From the NCBI RefSeq assembly GCF_023055435.1, contig NW_025964372.1, positions 45,570,001 through 45,634,000 on the forward strand: DNA of 64,000 bases, in the 5' to 3' direction. The notes below the pieces were generated by a model. That model was not told the origin of the DNA and made no database searches. It saw nothing but the letters and a program-made list of their open reading frames with translations. Of this stretch, positions 48,934 to 62,380 are shown in pieces. The position numbers and the translations under genes are program-made. This DNA comes from Haliotis rufescens (lineage: Eukaryota). The first letter of the stretch is position 1; each line of letters begins with the position of its first letter.

Positions 48934-49537
48934 ATATATATTAATATATTAATATATATTGTTGCAAGGAACGGAACCGCTGAAGTATTCAACAGTTCCT
49001 GTATATCGCCGCCTCCGCACCAGAATCTCGGCACCGATCAATACAGTCCCTCACAGAATACGACCTCCGCTGATGTCAAGTTCCTGACTAGGTCAAACTA
49101 TCATGATTCCGCCGAGTAAAATGCAAACAACTGTGTGGCTCTGAAATCTCGACCCTGCTTCCGTATAAAGCTTTGATTGTTGCTCTAACGTGTGATACGT
49201 TTAGTTTGGATGTTGACGTGGCCTTCGTGATGCATCAGAACAAGTCCCTGGGTGCCCCTGCTTGCTTAGAAAGAACACATGGTCTATGAGGAATTCAGTA
49301 TTATCGAGTGGAGTAGGTCAGGGGTCTTGACACCATTGATTGAACTGGTTTTGCTTCAACCACGATATGCATAAAGAAACGTCTTAAATAAATCGGTACT
49401 TCAATGTGCACACACGGACCTGTTAATCGTGCCAGAATGCAGGGATTAGGCGTTCGAATCCTAAATAGCATTGGTTATGATTCTTAGTTTGTTAGCACCG
49501 TGCTGGTGGGTTTCAAAAAGTGGTAAAAGTCTTAGTA

Positions 49538-49815
49538 AGTGAGTGAGTTGGTTTTAACGCCGCTTTTAACAGTATTCCGGTTACATCACGGCGTGTCAGC
49601 TTAATGTGGGAGGAAAGCCCGAAGTGATGCAGGTCTCAGACGTTTACCACTTCGGTGAAACCCACGAGCACGGGTATGGTGCTGACAAACCTAGAAACAT
49701 AATCGGGGCGGACAGGGATTCGAACCCACAATCATAGGTTCTGGCGATTCGAACCAACGGGTATTCTGGGACGAAAGTCTCTCACCACATTGCGGCACCG
49801 TAAACGACTGAGCCA
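49538..49815 (-). mobile_element. SINE family C
   Basis: Reverse match. Confidence 0.8.
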
Positions 49816-51232
49816 TCCTCATTGGCGCACTGTATTATAATGCTGAGAACAAATTACATAGTCACACATGAAAGGCCAATCACAAGACAGCGGAGACTTA
49901 AAGACCGTTAAGAAGCTCCATGACTACAGGACACTTCATCGGTAAGAACTACTGTTAATTAAAGACTAATGTATGATGGATGCATGTGGACCGAAGGCTA
50001 ATGTCGAGTACGTTAGGAACTACTGCTAATTAAAGACTCAGTCAAAGATAGTTAAATATGAAGACGACGGTAATCTGGAATCAGCCAAAGATAGTTAATT
50101 AACGAAAGATCAATTGGAAAGAGTTCAAAGATAGAGAACTATGTAATTGGCGGTAACTCGGAAGCAATCTGTTAAAAGATTGTTAAAGAGTCATGAATTG
50201 TTTCGAAGATGGTTAAGAAATGATCAAAGAAGATTGTGGACAAGCGATTGAGAAAGTTGTTGAAATATTTGTGTACCTAGTTATTTCATTTATTCAATTC
50301 ATGTTAACTTTAACAATATATCCAAACAATATATATCAATAATATATTTAATGGACATTGTTTAATCGCAATGAAATAAAATGGTATCAGTAATAAACAA
50401 CAAACAGGTTTTGTTTCACTCGCTCAAGATCTATACAAGAGCCGTAGTCAGAAAGTGAATAACAATTTCTGGTTTTTATCAAGATATCCGAAGTACCAGT
50501 GCCTGGAAGAGCCTTGTCCAAACGCTGGATAATTTACTTGACCCATCGTAAAGACACAGATGTCCCACCTAATTTACAAGGACGTGGATAAGCACTTTGG
50601 ATCGATAGGGTTAATTATTTAGACGCGTGAAGGGGAAGCTTGAAGATCGGCACGACGTTTTCTCAAAGGGTGGCTGTACCATGTAGATGGATGAATTATT
50701 TGTATCGTTGAAAGGCTGTGGTAGGAGTAATGTTGGAGGCTGTATGATCACATTACCTGTCATATTCTCCCGAAGAGACGGAATAATTATTCCTGTTAAC
50801 ATGGACTTCTGTATGTTTAACGTTCGTCAGACAGCCCCCGCCGCTACAGCATATCAAAATGTGATGGTGTATAATAAGGGATATTATGGAAATTAGATAG
50901 TGTTTCAGCTACCACTACAACATTAAGACGTCGAAATATTTGTTTTAAGAAAGACACCTTGCATCAATGTACTTTTTTTGGTGGCAGGCAATTTCTGTTT
51001 TTCAACAGACTGAAGCATATTCTCTGGGGCGATATAATTTTTTTCGACATCCCCCCCCCCCCCGATCAGCCGGGCGAAAAGGACGAAAAACAAGGGGGCT
51101 TTGTAATATTGTCAGTGTTAATATAAGAAATGTAGATGGCCCCATTATAGCTAGAACTCAGCAAGCTCGCTGTGCATTTCAGACTTATTCACTTGCTCAA
51201 ACCATTTGAACAATTCTTTCTTTATACAATTG

Positions 51233-51509
51233 GGGGCACGGGTGGCCAAGTCGTCTAAGGCGCCGCGATTCGCTGTGCAGAGTTGCGTCCCTTGGACATG
51301 CCAGAAACCTATGATTGTGGGTTCGAATCCCGGTTCGCCCTGATTATGTTTCTAGGTTTGTCAGCACCATACCCGTGCTCGTGGGTTTCACCGAAGTGGT
51401 AAACGTCTGAGACCTGCATCACTTCGGGCTTTCCTCCAACATTAAGCTGACACGCCGTGATCTAACTGGAATACTGTTAAAAGCGGCGTTAAACCCAACT
51501 CACTCTCTC
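51233..51509 (+). mobile_element. SINE family C, full length
   Basis: tRNA-like head (TGGCCAAGTCG, GGTTCGAATCC), GGGCTTTCCTCC, tail CGCCGTGAT..AACTGGAATACTGTTAAAAGCGGCGTTAAAC; TSD TCTTTATACAATT. Confidence 0.9.
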
Positions 51510-53011
51510 TTTATACAATTGTGATCAGGGTGTTTATTTCATCTACTTCCAAGGGTATGTTAACACTGAAAGAGAAAGAGAATGAAAATACATTGTTAAT
51601 ATACAAATTTCAAATTTGTGAACTGTTTTCCAGCGAAAAGGAAAGAACCCAAGCGTTGCTGCATCAAGTACTTCAACGTATCCAAACACACGTCACATAC
51701 GTATTGCAGAGTGTGAATATTCGCAGAATAGCTGCCAACATAATTATCGGCACAATAACACTAAGTATGAATAATTGATGTCGTATGACCTTACACAATT
51801 AGATAACTTACTTACTAAATAAGTAGATCCTAAATACACTCTGTGTGACAACATGTCGATCGTTAAATGTCACTGGCGGTCCAGTTACAGCATGTACGCT
51901 GTGAGAATGTCATGCATATTTGGGATTGTTAACGGTACTCATGGCTACTGACAGCCAACTTTCATATTAATAATGATTATACACCATAGACTTTATTCCA
52001 TATTTCTACATAGTACTGTTCATGGGACCCGGATAGGACAAGGTATTATTGGTCGTAAGAGGATCCTTAATTCAGTCTACTTGGTTGAATGCTGTCGTAC
52101 CACAAACGCATGCTCATAATATCAACTCCGAGTTTGTCTGGTCCAGCCTCGACTCGTCCGCCATGATGTAGCTAGAATGTTGCAGACATCAGCGTTAAAC
52201 AAGAAATACACTCATACTGTTCACTGGCCTCATCCCATTATGACATGTTTCTGACTGATGTACAACGCACGATGGACACATATAAACCAATCAAGGCTCT
52301 CTTCTTGTAAGAACCGCCCACTCAGTTTAAAACAGCGCCATGAAATGAATAATTCGCATTTCCTCACTCACTCACTCAGACACGCACTTCACTCACTCAC
52401 TCACTCACTCACTCACCCAGCCTTTATTCTTCATCTCGTATCACTCTGATGTCAACGTAAAGGAGTAAGACTGAGGCGATATCACCTAGGGTACCACAGA
52501 TATAAGGGTAGAACTACCGAGTGTATAAAACATGTGGAGGTAGAGCTACCCGAATACAAAAAATGTGAAGGTAGAACTACCCGGGGTATCTGGTGAGGTG
52601 AGGTAAGGTAACATGGCATGTAACGTCGCGTTCGAGATGATTGAACATTTTTGCGACGTGCAAGCATGTTCGAACTAATTCTGATTTTTTTAGTCCTTAC
52701 CCACTGAGATACCATGTCGCAGTTTACCATGGATACCCGACTCAGACACAGTATATTGACTCCGAGACGACCAGTCATTCTATCCCCTGAATGCAGACCG
52801 CCAGGCAGGGCAACAACAAGTACCATATTTTAAGTCTTAAAGTATATCGCGACCGGGGATGGAACCACCGACCCTCCGTTCTCCGGGTAGATGCTGATGC
52901 TTTATCCACTAAACTACGGAGTAGGTCCCGAGATTATCAAAATTATGGAGGTAAATTAGATCTATCTGGGGTAGTTAAGAGATGAAGGTAAAACTACCCA
53001 GTGTATAAACA

Positions 53012-53177
53012 GTGAGTGAGTGAGCGTTGTTTTACGCCGCATTTAGCAATATTCAAGCAATATCACGACAGGGGACACCACAAATGGGCTTCACACATTG
53101 TACCCATATGGGAAATCGAACCCGGGTCTTCGGCTTGACGAGCGAACACTTTAACCACTAGGCTACCCAATCGCCCC
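53012..53177 (-). mobile_element. SINE family A
   Basis: Reverse match; AGTGTATAAA flanking duplication. Confidence 0.82.
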
Positions 53178-53915
53178 GAGTGTATAAATAGATATGGTTG
53201 TCAAGCTACCCAGGATACCACAGACAAGACGAAACTACCCAGGGTACAACAGCAAGGATGAAGAGGCCGTATCTGTGTCTCCTAGTAACCACGTAACTGC
53301 CACCAGTCGTATTTGGCCTGTGAGAATAGCACTATCCACAAAAGCCTACCTCAACACTGACGGTCAATCTCATTAATAGAGAAGCCAAACTAATTCTGCG
53401 AAATACACCGCTGTCTTTGAGAATCATTGAACCGACTGTGAGCAAAGCTGGAAACAGACGAGCTTTGCTCTGCAACTAAGCTGGTGTAATCACCCTGAGT
53501 ATTGGCCCCCGAGACAGGCAAGCCACATCGCACCATTCACAAAAGGAACATGGACGCCCGCCGCTACTCGTGACTTTCAGGATTTTTACTTCTGTCCTAT
53601 ATTCAATTTTTGTCCCCGACCTTGCGTGTCTGGAATGTAGGCCATGATTCTGTTAGAGTCAGTCGGCGGTATGTGCTGTTTCCACTCTGCGTGGATGAAG
53701 AGATCAACTAGATTGTCGTGCTGTCGATCAGATGCCAACCCTGTGGTTGGCCTCTTCATCACATTGAGCAGGATTATTGGAATTAGTTAAGCATCGGTTT
53801 GAAGTCGTGTGATGTCAACATCGTGTTATTTATGAAACAAATTCAGACTTGAGGTGCACATGTGAAAGTTACCAGGATCTGTGAACGTTTCTTTTACGTT
53901 GTCACAACGTTGTAT

Positions 53916-54170
53916 GAGTGAGTGAGTTGGGTTTAACGCCGTTTTTAACAGTATTCCAGTTATATCACGGCGTGTCAGCTTAATGTGGGAGGAAAGTCCC
54001 AAGTGATGCAGGTCTCAGACGTTTACCACTTCGGTGAAACCCTCGAGCACGGGTATGGTGCTGACAAACCTAGAAACATAATCGGGGCGAACCGGGATTC
54101 GAACCCACAATCATAGGTTTCTGGCGTGCCCAAGGGACGCAACTCTGCACCACTGGGCCACCCGTGCCCC
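53916..54170 (-). mobile_element. SINE family C inserted in a 52-bp tandem array
   Basis: TSD CAACGTTGTATGA. Confidence 0.87.
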
Positions 54171-54540
54171 CAACGTTGTATGAACGTTATCAGTATGTGT
54201 GAACGTCTCCATAACGTTGTCGCGTCGTTATATGAATGTTATCAAGATGTGTGGACCTCTATTACGCTGTCAAAACGTTGTATGAACGTTATCCGATTGT
54301 GTGAATGTCTCTATTACGGTGTTACAACGTTGTATGAACGTTATCCGATTGTGTGAATGTCTCTATTACGGTGTTACAACGTTGTATGAACGTTATCCGA
54401 TTGTGTGAATGTCTCTATTACGGTGTTACAAAGTTGTACGAACGTTATCCGGTTATTGACGTTTCTATTACGTTGTCACAACGTTGTGTGAACGTTACCC
54501 GGTTGTAAACGTTTTCCGGAACGTTGTCAAATGCTACGTT
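54171..54540. repeat. 52-bp tandem repeat with ACAACGTTGT palindromes
   Basis: Unit ACAACGTTGTATGAACGTTATCCGATTGTGTGAATGTCTCTATTACGGTGTT. Confidence 0.85.
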
Positions 54541-55055
54541 GTATCTTCATGTATCTTCCATGAGCTGAATATGTTCATCTGGATATTATGTCTGTTAATT
54601 GTTTATCGACACCCCCAACGCTATGGGATATGATGGCCCGGGCCGAGTCCCAGAGCCTGACCGCCAAAACCATTTAGTCGCTCTCACCACAAGCATGGGT
54701 GCTGCGCATTTTCAACTGATTTGTTCTGTTTGTTTGCTTAACAAACAAATTGTTTAACGCCGCACTCAGTAATATTCAAACTCTATGACGTTGGCCTGTG
54801 AGCAATAGAGTCTGGATCAAGGGATTGACATCAAGAACAACGATCCATGTTGTTGGGGTACCAAGTCACCGAGCTTGACCATTCGCCTCTTACCATCACA
54901 TACGTTTATTAGTTTTCTTTTCGTTGCGCTGCATTCGGTACACGGTCATCTTTCAATTGAATGAGAGACCGGTCCAATGGCGGCGACACTACGGTTCAAA
55001 CAGTTTAGCCCTTAATTTATGAAGATTCATGCTCATGAGAGTAGGAACCAACACA

Positions 55056-55322
55056 CGTGACGATCAGGGGTAGAATAGGTCTTCAGCAACCCATGCTTGT
55101 CGTAAAAGTCGACTATGCCTATCGCAAGAGGGGACTAACGGGATCGGGTGGTCAGGCTCGTTGACTTGGTTGATTCATGTCATCGACATCCAACTGCGTT
55201 GATCGATGCTCATGACGTCAAACACTGTATTGTCTGGTCTAGAGTCAATTATTTACAGACCGACGTCATATCGCAGGAATATTGTTGAGTGCGGCGTTAA
55301 ACAAACAAACAAACAAACAAAC
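55056..55322 (+). mobile_element. SINE-like family B
   Basis: Matches family B; (AAAC)n tail. Confidence 0.82.
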
Positions 55323-55629
55323 ATAAATAAATTCGCTAGTGGACTTCACTAAACCCGGCGATTATGGAACACTATATTTGCTGGCAGATGACAGTCGATG
55401 CAGCAAACATATATGTCAGGGGTTCACTTAATATCATCTGTATTGATTTCCGTTCTAGAAACAATCTTTATCTTATATGTTCATGAATAAAACAAATAAC
55501 ATTGGCTATTGTGGACCCGCGATGCCATCCAAAATGGAATATCATATTAAGTCAATGTCATTTACGAGGGATTTCAAATTACGATCATATTACTCATCGA
55601 TGGTATTTTATGTATATTGTTACTGATTT

Positions 55630-57093
55630 AACATTAATCCCCGACACAAAATCCACTTACGAAAAAGCCCTTGAGACAATAACCCCAGACACATTAATCC
55701 TTGACATAATCCCGACACAATTAGCTTGACACATTAACTCCCGACACAATAGCCCTTGTGACAACAAGCCCCGACACAACAGGCCTTGACATATAACCGC
55801 GAACGTAATTATCCTTGACATGACACAATAACTTTCACCCGACACAATATTCCTTGAGTCAATTGGACCCAACACAATATCCCTTGACAGAATAACCCCC
55901 GGAACAATAATCCTTGACGTGAAAACCTTGACACAACAACGCCTTGACACCAATAGTCCTTGACACAATCACCTCAAACACAATAGCCCTTGACATTACA
56001 ACCCCGACACAATAGCCCTTAACATTACAACCCCGACACAATAGCTCTTGACATTGCAACCCCGACACAATAGCTCTTGACATCACAAACCCGCCACATT
56101 AGCCCTTGACATAACAAACCTTGACACAATAACCCTTCACGTTACAACCCCGACACAATAAGCCTTGACATTACATTCCCGACACAATAACCCTTCACGT
56201 TAGAACCCCGACGAAATAGCTCTTGACATTGCAACCCCGACACAATTAGGAGATAAATATTTCGTTTTGTAAGAAACACAAACCCGCCACAATAGCCCTT
56301 GAGATAACAACTCCCGACACAATAGCCTTAGTGTTTACAACCCCGACACAATAGCCCTTGACTACTCCCGACTTAATAGCCCTAGAGATTGCAACCCCGA
56401 CACAATAGCCCTTGACTACTCCCGACACAATAGCTCTTGACATTACAACCCAGACACAATAGCCCTTGAGATAACAACTCCCGACACAATAAGCCTTGGC
56501 ATTGCAACCCCGACACAATAGCCCTTAACATTACAAACCCCGACACAGTAGCCCTTAACATTACAACCCCGACACAATAGCTCTTGACATTGCAACCCCG
56601 ACACAATAGCCCTTGACATTACAACTCCCGACACAATAGCCCTTGACACAATCACTTCCAACACAATAGCCTTGAAAAACATTACAACCCCGACACAATA
56701 AGCTTTTACATTACAAACCCCGACACAATAGCTCTTGACTACTCCCGACACAATAGCTCTTGACATCGCAACCCCGACACAATATAGCCCTTGACATTAC
56801 AACCCCGACACAGTAGCTCTTAACATTACAACCCCGACACAATAGCTCTTGACTACTCCCGACACAATAGCTCTTGACATTACAACCCCGACACAGTAGC
56901 TCTTAACATTACAACACCGACACAATAACCCTTCACGTTACAACCCCGACACAATAGGTCTTGACATTGCAACCCCGACACAATATAGTAATTGACATTA
57001 CAACCCCGACACAATAGCTCTTGACATTGCAACCCCGACACAATAGCCCTTGAGATTACAGCCCCGACACAATAACCCTTGACATTACAAACC
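55630..57093. repeat. ~29-bp minisatellite
   Basis: Unit ACCCCGACACAATAGCCCTTGACATTACA. Confidence 0.93.
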
Positions 57094-57289
57094 CTTACAG
57101 AGTGTCCATTCTACCGAGGTTTCACTGTATACAAAAACAATAATGGTTCTTTGTAACATTTATATTAAGGAACATGATACTGACACTGACCTTGAGTTGG
57201 TTTGATTTAGGCATATCTCCTTACACTTACGCAACAGAACTATCTTGATAAACATGAAGCTAAATCATATCAGTTAGATATTCACTTAC

Positions 57290-57371
57290 CGCTTTTTCCG
57301 TTTATAAATCCGAGAATATCCAAGTACGCCACTGTCAAGTTCGCGTTCCACGACGACGAGTTGACACTCAT
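57290..57371 (-). CDS. Small single-pass membrane protein, N-terminal (or internal) exon
   Basis: ACC ATG AGT GTC...AAA AGC G|gtaagt; MSVNSSSWNANLTVAYLDILGFINGKS, two N-glycosylation sequons; phase 1 matches the TM exon. Confidence 0.55.
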
Positions 57372-58739
57372 GGTACTGGCACCCTTATTGAAGGAGCACA
57401 AATCTAAACACAACCGTCACATTTCCCTTTTCCCAGTCACCCGCCAGTCCCAACACCAAGCATAATCTGCCATTGGTACAAACACTCCAGACAACCTACC
57501 ACTACAACCTGTTCGCCTGGTACTCCTGCAGACCACAGTGATCAAGTGCTGAGAGAAGCCTGGCTGGCGGAGGAGATCTGTCGCCTTCTCTACCGCAATG
57601 TTTCCCAGCCTATCAACTTACCGGCTCTCTACAAGCAAATGTTCTGTTGAGTCAATTATCTCGTTTGGACCCAGGATTGATTTTCCGAGTATTATGAGCT
57701 GGGGGAGAAGTGTAAGGACATCGGAGAGAAACAATTAGCAGCTACAGATGTATGTGCTGGCGACAGTAGCCGAGTATTGCCGAGTCACCGGTCTGTCGCA
57801 GATTGTCACCGGGGGGTTCCGCGGGGTGATGAAACCTATAGAGATTGTTACTTACAGGACGGTAATCATGGCACTAATCAATGTTACTATAATTGTAACT
57901 ATTTCTTCAATGATAGACTTGCACAAGTCTCTAAGGCAATATTTATTAGTTTAAATCATAATTTCGAGATTATGTAAATAATACGAACAAGTTTTCCCTA
58001 TAAGAGACTGGAGTCATAACTATCCACACATGTAGACTTGCCTAGAATTACTACACATCCATGACTTTCTCTAGTTCAGCCTTGGAGCAAGGCTAGTTCA
58101 ATGACAGCAGCCAATGTTGCTGATGCTACTTCCACTGTAACTACCGTTTCAACGTTAGATGCTACGACGGTCACTACAAGTTTCTATTGCTTCAGCTAAA
58201 GGGGGGCACGGGTGGCCCAGTTGTCTATGGCGACGCAATTCGCTGTGCAGAGCTGCATCCTTGGGACACGCAAAACACTTATGAGTTTGGGTTCGAATCG
58301 AATGGGTTGAGTTTCACCAAAGTTAAACTTCGGGCTTCCCTCCCACATTAAGCTGACACGCCGCGATATAACGGGAATACTGTTCAAAGCGGCGTTAAAC
58401 CCAATTCACTCACTCACTCAAAGCTGTCACATTTGCAGTGGTTGTGTGCAGCTACTGTTTGTGTCAAGGTTGCTTTGTTTACTAAAATGTCAGCTGCTTC
58501 GATCAAACCTACTGAAATCTGTTCCGATATAGCTTCGTCGCGATATGGCTGAAGTATTTCCGATGTGACATTAAATTTTAAGTCACTCTGATACAGCTAC
58601 TGTATAACTTTCTGATATATTAGTAACAGCAACAACTTTCAGTAAAGCTGGTTTGGTTTCTACTATAGCTACTGTTTCTGTCAAAGCTGCTGCGGTTACT
58701 GCTAATTTAGCTACTGTTTCTGTCAAAGTGGTAGGCGAC

Positions 58740-59000
58740 CCGTGAAGATCCGGTGTAAAATAGGTCTTCAGCAACCCAGCTTGCCGTAAAAGGTGACTAT
58801 GCTTGTCGTAAAAGGCGACTAACGGGATCGGGTGGTCAGGCTCACTGACTTGGATGATGCATGTCATCGTATCCCAATTGCGTGGATCGATGCTCATGAT
58901 GTCAATCACTGGATTGTCTGGTCCAGACACGAGTATTTACAGACCGCCGTCATATAGCTGGAATATTGCTGCGTGCGGCGTTAAACAACAAACAAACAAA
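58740..59000 (+). mobile_element. SINE-like family B, full length
   Basis: CCCGTGAAGATCCGG...GCGGCGTTAAACAACAAACAAAC. Confidence 0.87.
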
Positions 59001-59074
59001 CCAAAAAGTGATTGGCAATGCCTCTGCAAAGACGTCAAAGCTGTAGCTACTACTCCTGTATGATAATCATTAAG

Positions 59075-59246
59075 CGGGGCGGTCGGGTAGCCTAGTGGTT
59101 AAAGCGTTCGCTCGTAACGCCGAAGACTCGGGTTCGATATCCGACATCGGTACAGTGTGTTAAGCCCATTGCTGGTGTCCCCCGCCGTGATATTGCTGGA
59201 ATATTGCTAAAAACGGCGTAAAACCATACTCACTCACTCACTCACT
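59075..59246 (+). mobile_element. SINE family A
   Basis: Matches family A. Confidence 0.87.
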
Positions 59247-59827
59247 GATCATTATGCTGTTACCCCACTGTGGTAATAACTATGCTGATACTCCACTATA
59301 GTGATAACTTCTGCGTTCAAAACTCTCACGAAACCGTGACGTTGGAACAGTGACAACATACGACTTAGAAGGCAACGGAATCTTCAAGGTAATGAACATT
59401 ACAGTAACCATGGTTATTACATAATGCGGCAACTGATGGTAACAGAGGTGAGGGACAAAAGTAGATCTAATCGAAGATCTTGCATGATTCAATGACACTG
59501 CGGTCGAGTGATTGAGTATTGAGTATCGGTGACAGATGTAAGCTGTATTGAATATATGGGGAAAACAATGAGTCATTTTGTCATATTAACTGAGACATAT
59601 TATGTTTTTTAATACCAAGGAAGAAAAAAAAAAAATGTTTCCAAAACTCAAAATTTAAACTAGTATCATGACACATAATTCAGCTCATTTTAAATGAATT
59701 CATCTAATATATTAATAATTTATTTCGCCCATGGGTTGCGTTTGCTGAGAACTCTATTTAAAAACTCAAACCATGTATGTATAAATACAACTGATTTTAT
59801 CTTAATTTAACTTATTTGTAGACTGAT

Positions 59828-60020
59828 TNNNNNNNNNNNNNNNNNNNNNNNNNNNNNNNNNNNNNNNNNNNNNNNNNNNNNNNNNNNNNNNNNNNNNNNN
59901 NNNNNNNNNNNNNNNNNNNNNNNNNNNNNNNNNNNNNNNNNNNNNNNNNNNNNNNNNNNNNNNNNNNNNNNNNNNNNNNNNNNNNNNNNNNNNNNNNNNN
60001 NNNNNNNNNNNNNNNNNNNN
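59828..60020. other. Assembly gap
   Basis: Run of N. Confidence 0.99.
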
Positions 60021-60514
60021 TGACGTATCTGCGTTTACCCAATGACGATGTGAACTCGTAGGAACCCATGCACAGATCACCCAATATTGATACATCATGG
60101 AAAGTTGACGCAATTTCTCGTTTCTCTGAACATTCAAATCTGGTTAATTTGGTTAATACCATCGGCAATATGTTCTCGGCCGAACATGTGTTCATGGTGT
60201 TGGGTAGATATCCCCAGAACATGGAATCAGTGTGAATTGGAATTGCATTCTCACCTCCCCGGGAAGTATACCACCAAAGTTGTGAGATTTTGGATTTACA
60301 TTGCCATCTGAACCTACCGGGTACCCGTTCGCTGTTTCGTCAACATAGGCACATTTCGAAATAAAAAGCTTAAGTGGACACCGTATTTATCACTGAATCT
60401 CATTTGGCTGCACCCTGGAGCGAATAGGATGGTTTTATGCTGCTTTAGCAATATTCCAGCAGGATCAAGGCGGGTGACACACAAATTGGTTTCACATTGT
60501 ACATGGGAAATCGA

Positions 60515-60518
<4 letters not shown>

Positions 60519-60568
<50 letters not shown>

Positions 60569-60722
60569 CTGCTTGTACTAGTCCGGATTGATGCCTTATA
60601 GTGCTAGCACACTGAGATACCATGCCGCAGCTTAACATGAATACCCCACTCAGACACAGTATACTGACTCCGAGCCGACCAGTCCTTGTTTTAGCCCCTG
60701 AATGCCGAGAGCCAGACAGGGT
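60519..60722 (-). mobile_element. SINE family D fragment with expanded (CA)n
   Basis: (GT)n at 60519-60566 followed by reverse match to family D. Confidence 0.78.
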
Positions 60723-60804
60723 AAGGGGCAGTAGTAAACCTTACATGGTTGTCAGCTTGCATTTGTTCAAATCAAAGTGTACACCTAATATCATCCCTAA
60801 TTGG

Positions 60805-60967
60805 AGTGAGTGAGTAAGGTCTTGCGCCGCTTTTAGCAATATTCCAGCAATATCACGGCGGGGGACACCAGAAATGGGCTTCACACATTGTACCCATGTC
60901 GGGATTCAAACCCGGATCTTCGGCGTGACGAATGAACGCTTTAACCACTAGGCTACCCCACCGCCCC
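60805..60967 (-). mobile_element. SINE family A
   Basis: Reverse match. Confidence 0.85.
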
Positions 60968-62051
60968 ATATAACTAATCGGAAAGCACAGGATGGAGGGA
61001 TACGGTTTACATGGAATGACTGAAATATCACTACGCCATTGCTGCCCGAGGTGGGTAACGGAAGTACTCTATAATTACGCGCGTCCCGGTGTGCTGAGAA
61101 AGGTCCTTTTAATACATTAGTAGAAGGAGGGTTATGAAGGACATTCACATAACATTTATTTGTCCATTATGTTCATCAAAATGAGACAACTATTGTCACT
61201 GCGTCTGTTGTACGTGTCCATTGTAAATTTATTACCTTCGATCAAACTGCAATACAAGGCATAATGTGTGTCAGCATCGATTTGTTTTATGGCCTCGATA
61301 TAACTGACTGTTTTGTATGACGAATATGTTGCCATCGACTGCACGCACCATTGTCGACTATCCAGTGAATCTGACTCCTCCATCGTGTTAAAGACGCGGA
61401 CAAATCAACTTCTTAAGGTTTTCGTATTTCGATTTGATACACAGTAATATGGTTTCTCGTTAATCCGAAAACCCCCCTTTCCGGGCACTTGCTACTGGAA
61501 CAGCTTCCATGTTTACAAAGTTACTGTTACTAGTCAAACTTGTCTTAAATAACGACACAGACTTGAAACTTAACATATTTTTATTTAAGAGATCGATTAA
61601 AGAGCTGTTGGAAAAGCTTACATCAAATGAATACTCAAACTCATCTCCAACAGCAACTGAATTACGTTACCTCATGATCATGTCCGGATTATTTGTTAAT
61701 CCGGACGATTTCACTGAGGACGGTGCTTTACGGATTGACGGGGTTAAACTGTATATGATATGGTTGTGCAGCCAGTGTGTTGAAGGACAAGGCCGACGAT
61801 CACTTATTCATATCACATATTTATCTATAAAACAAGATCACAAAGTAGACACAATTTATGGATAATAACTTCTATATTTTACTGTGATGGCGACGTTTCG
61901 GTATAGATCTTTACACCGTTGTTTGACGACGGTATAAGGATCTAAGGATTTAAGGATCTGTGGTATAAGGATCTATACCGAAACGTCGCCATTGCAGTAA
62001 AACAAGCAGTTGTTATCCATACAGTGTGTCTACTTTATCATCCGTCAACTA

Positions 62052-62380
62052 GCGTCCGCCCGGAGAGCGGAAGGTCCAGGGTTCGATCCCGGGCCGCGTC
62101 ATACAAAAAGACGTTAAAAGATTGTACTTGTTGTTACCCTGTCTGGCGCTCGGCATTAAGGGGCTAAAACAAGGACTGGTCGGCTCGGAGTCAGTATACT
62201 GTGTCTGAGTGGGGTATTCATGTTAAACTGCGGCATGGTATCTCAGTGAGCTAGCACTATAAATCGGCATCAGTCCGGACTAGTACAAGCAGCCACACAC
62301 ACACACATACACGTGCATGCACGTCGCTATATAAGTGCAATAATCTTGGACGCGACGTTAAACCCAATTTCACCTCACCT
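62052..62380 (+). mobile_element. SINE family D with 14-bp TSD
   Basis: TSD TCATCCGTCAACTA; B box GGTTCGATCCC. Confidence 0.88.

Noticed and set aside
49831-50465. Possible solo LTR (TGT...ACA, AATAAA)
   Set aside because: No convincing TSD, primer-binding site or second copy in the window.
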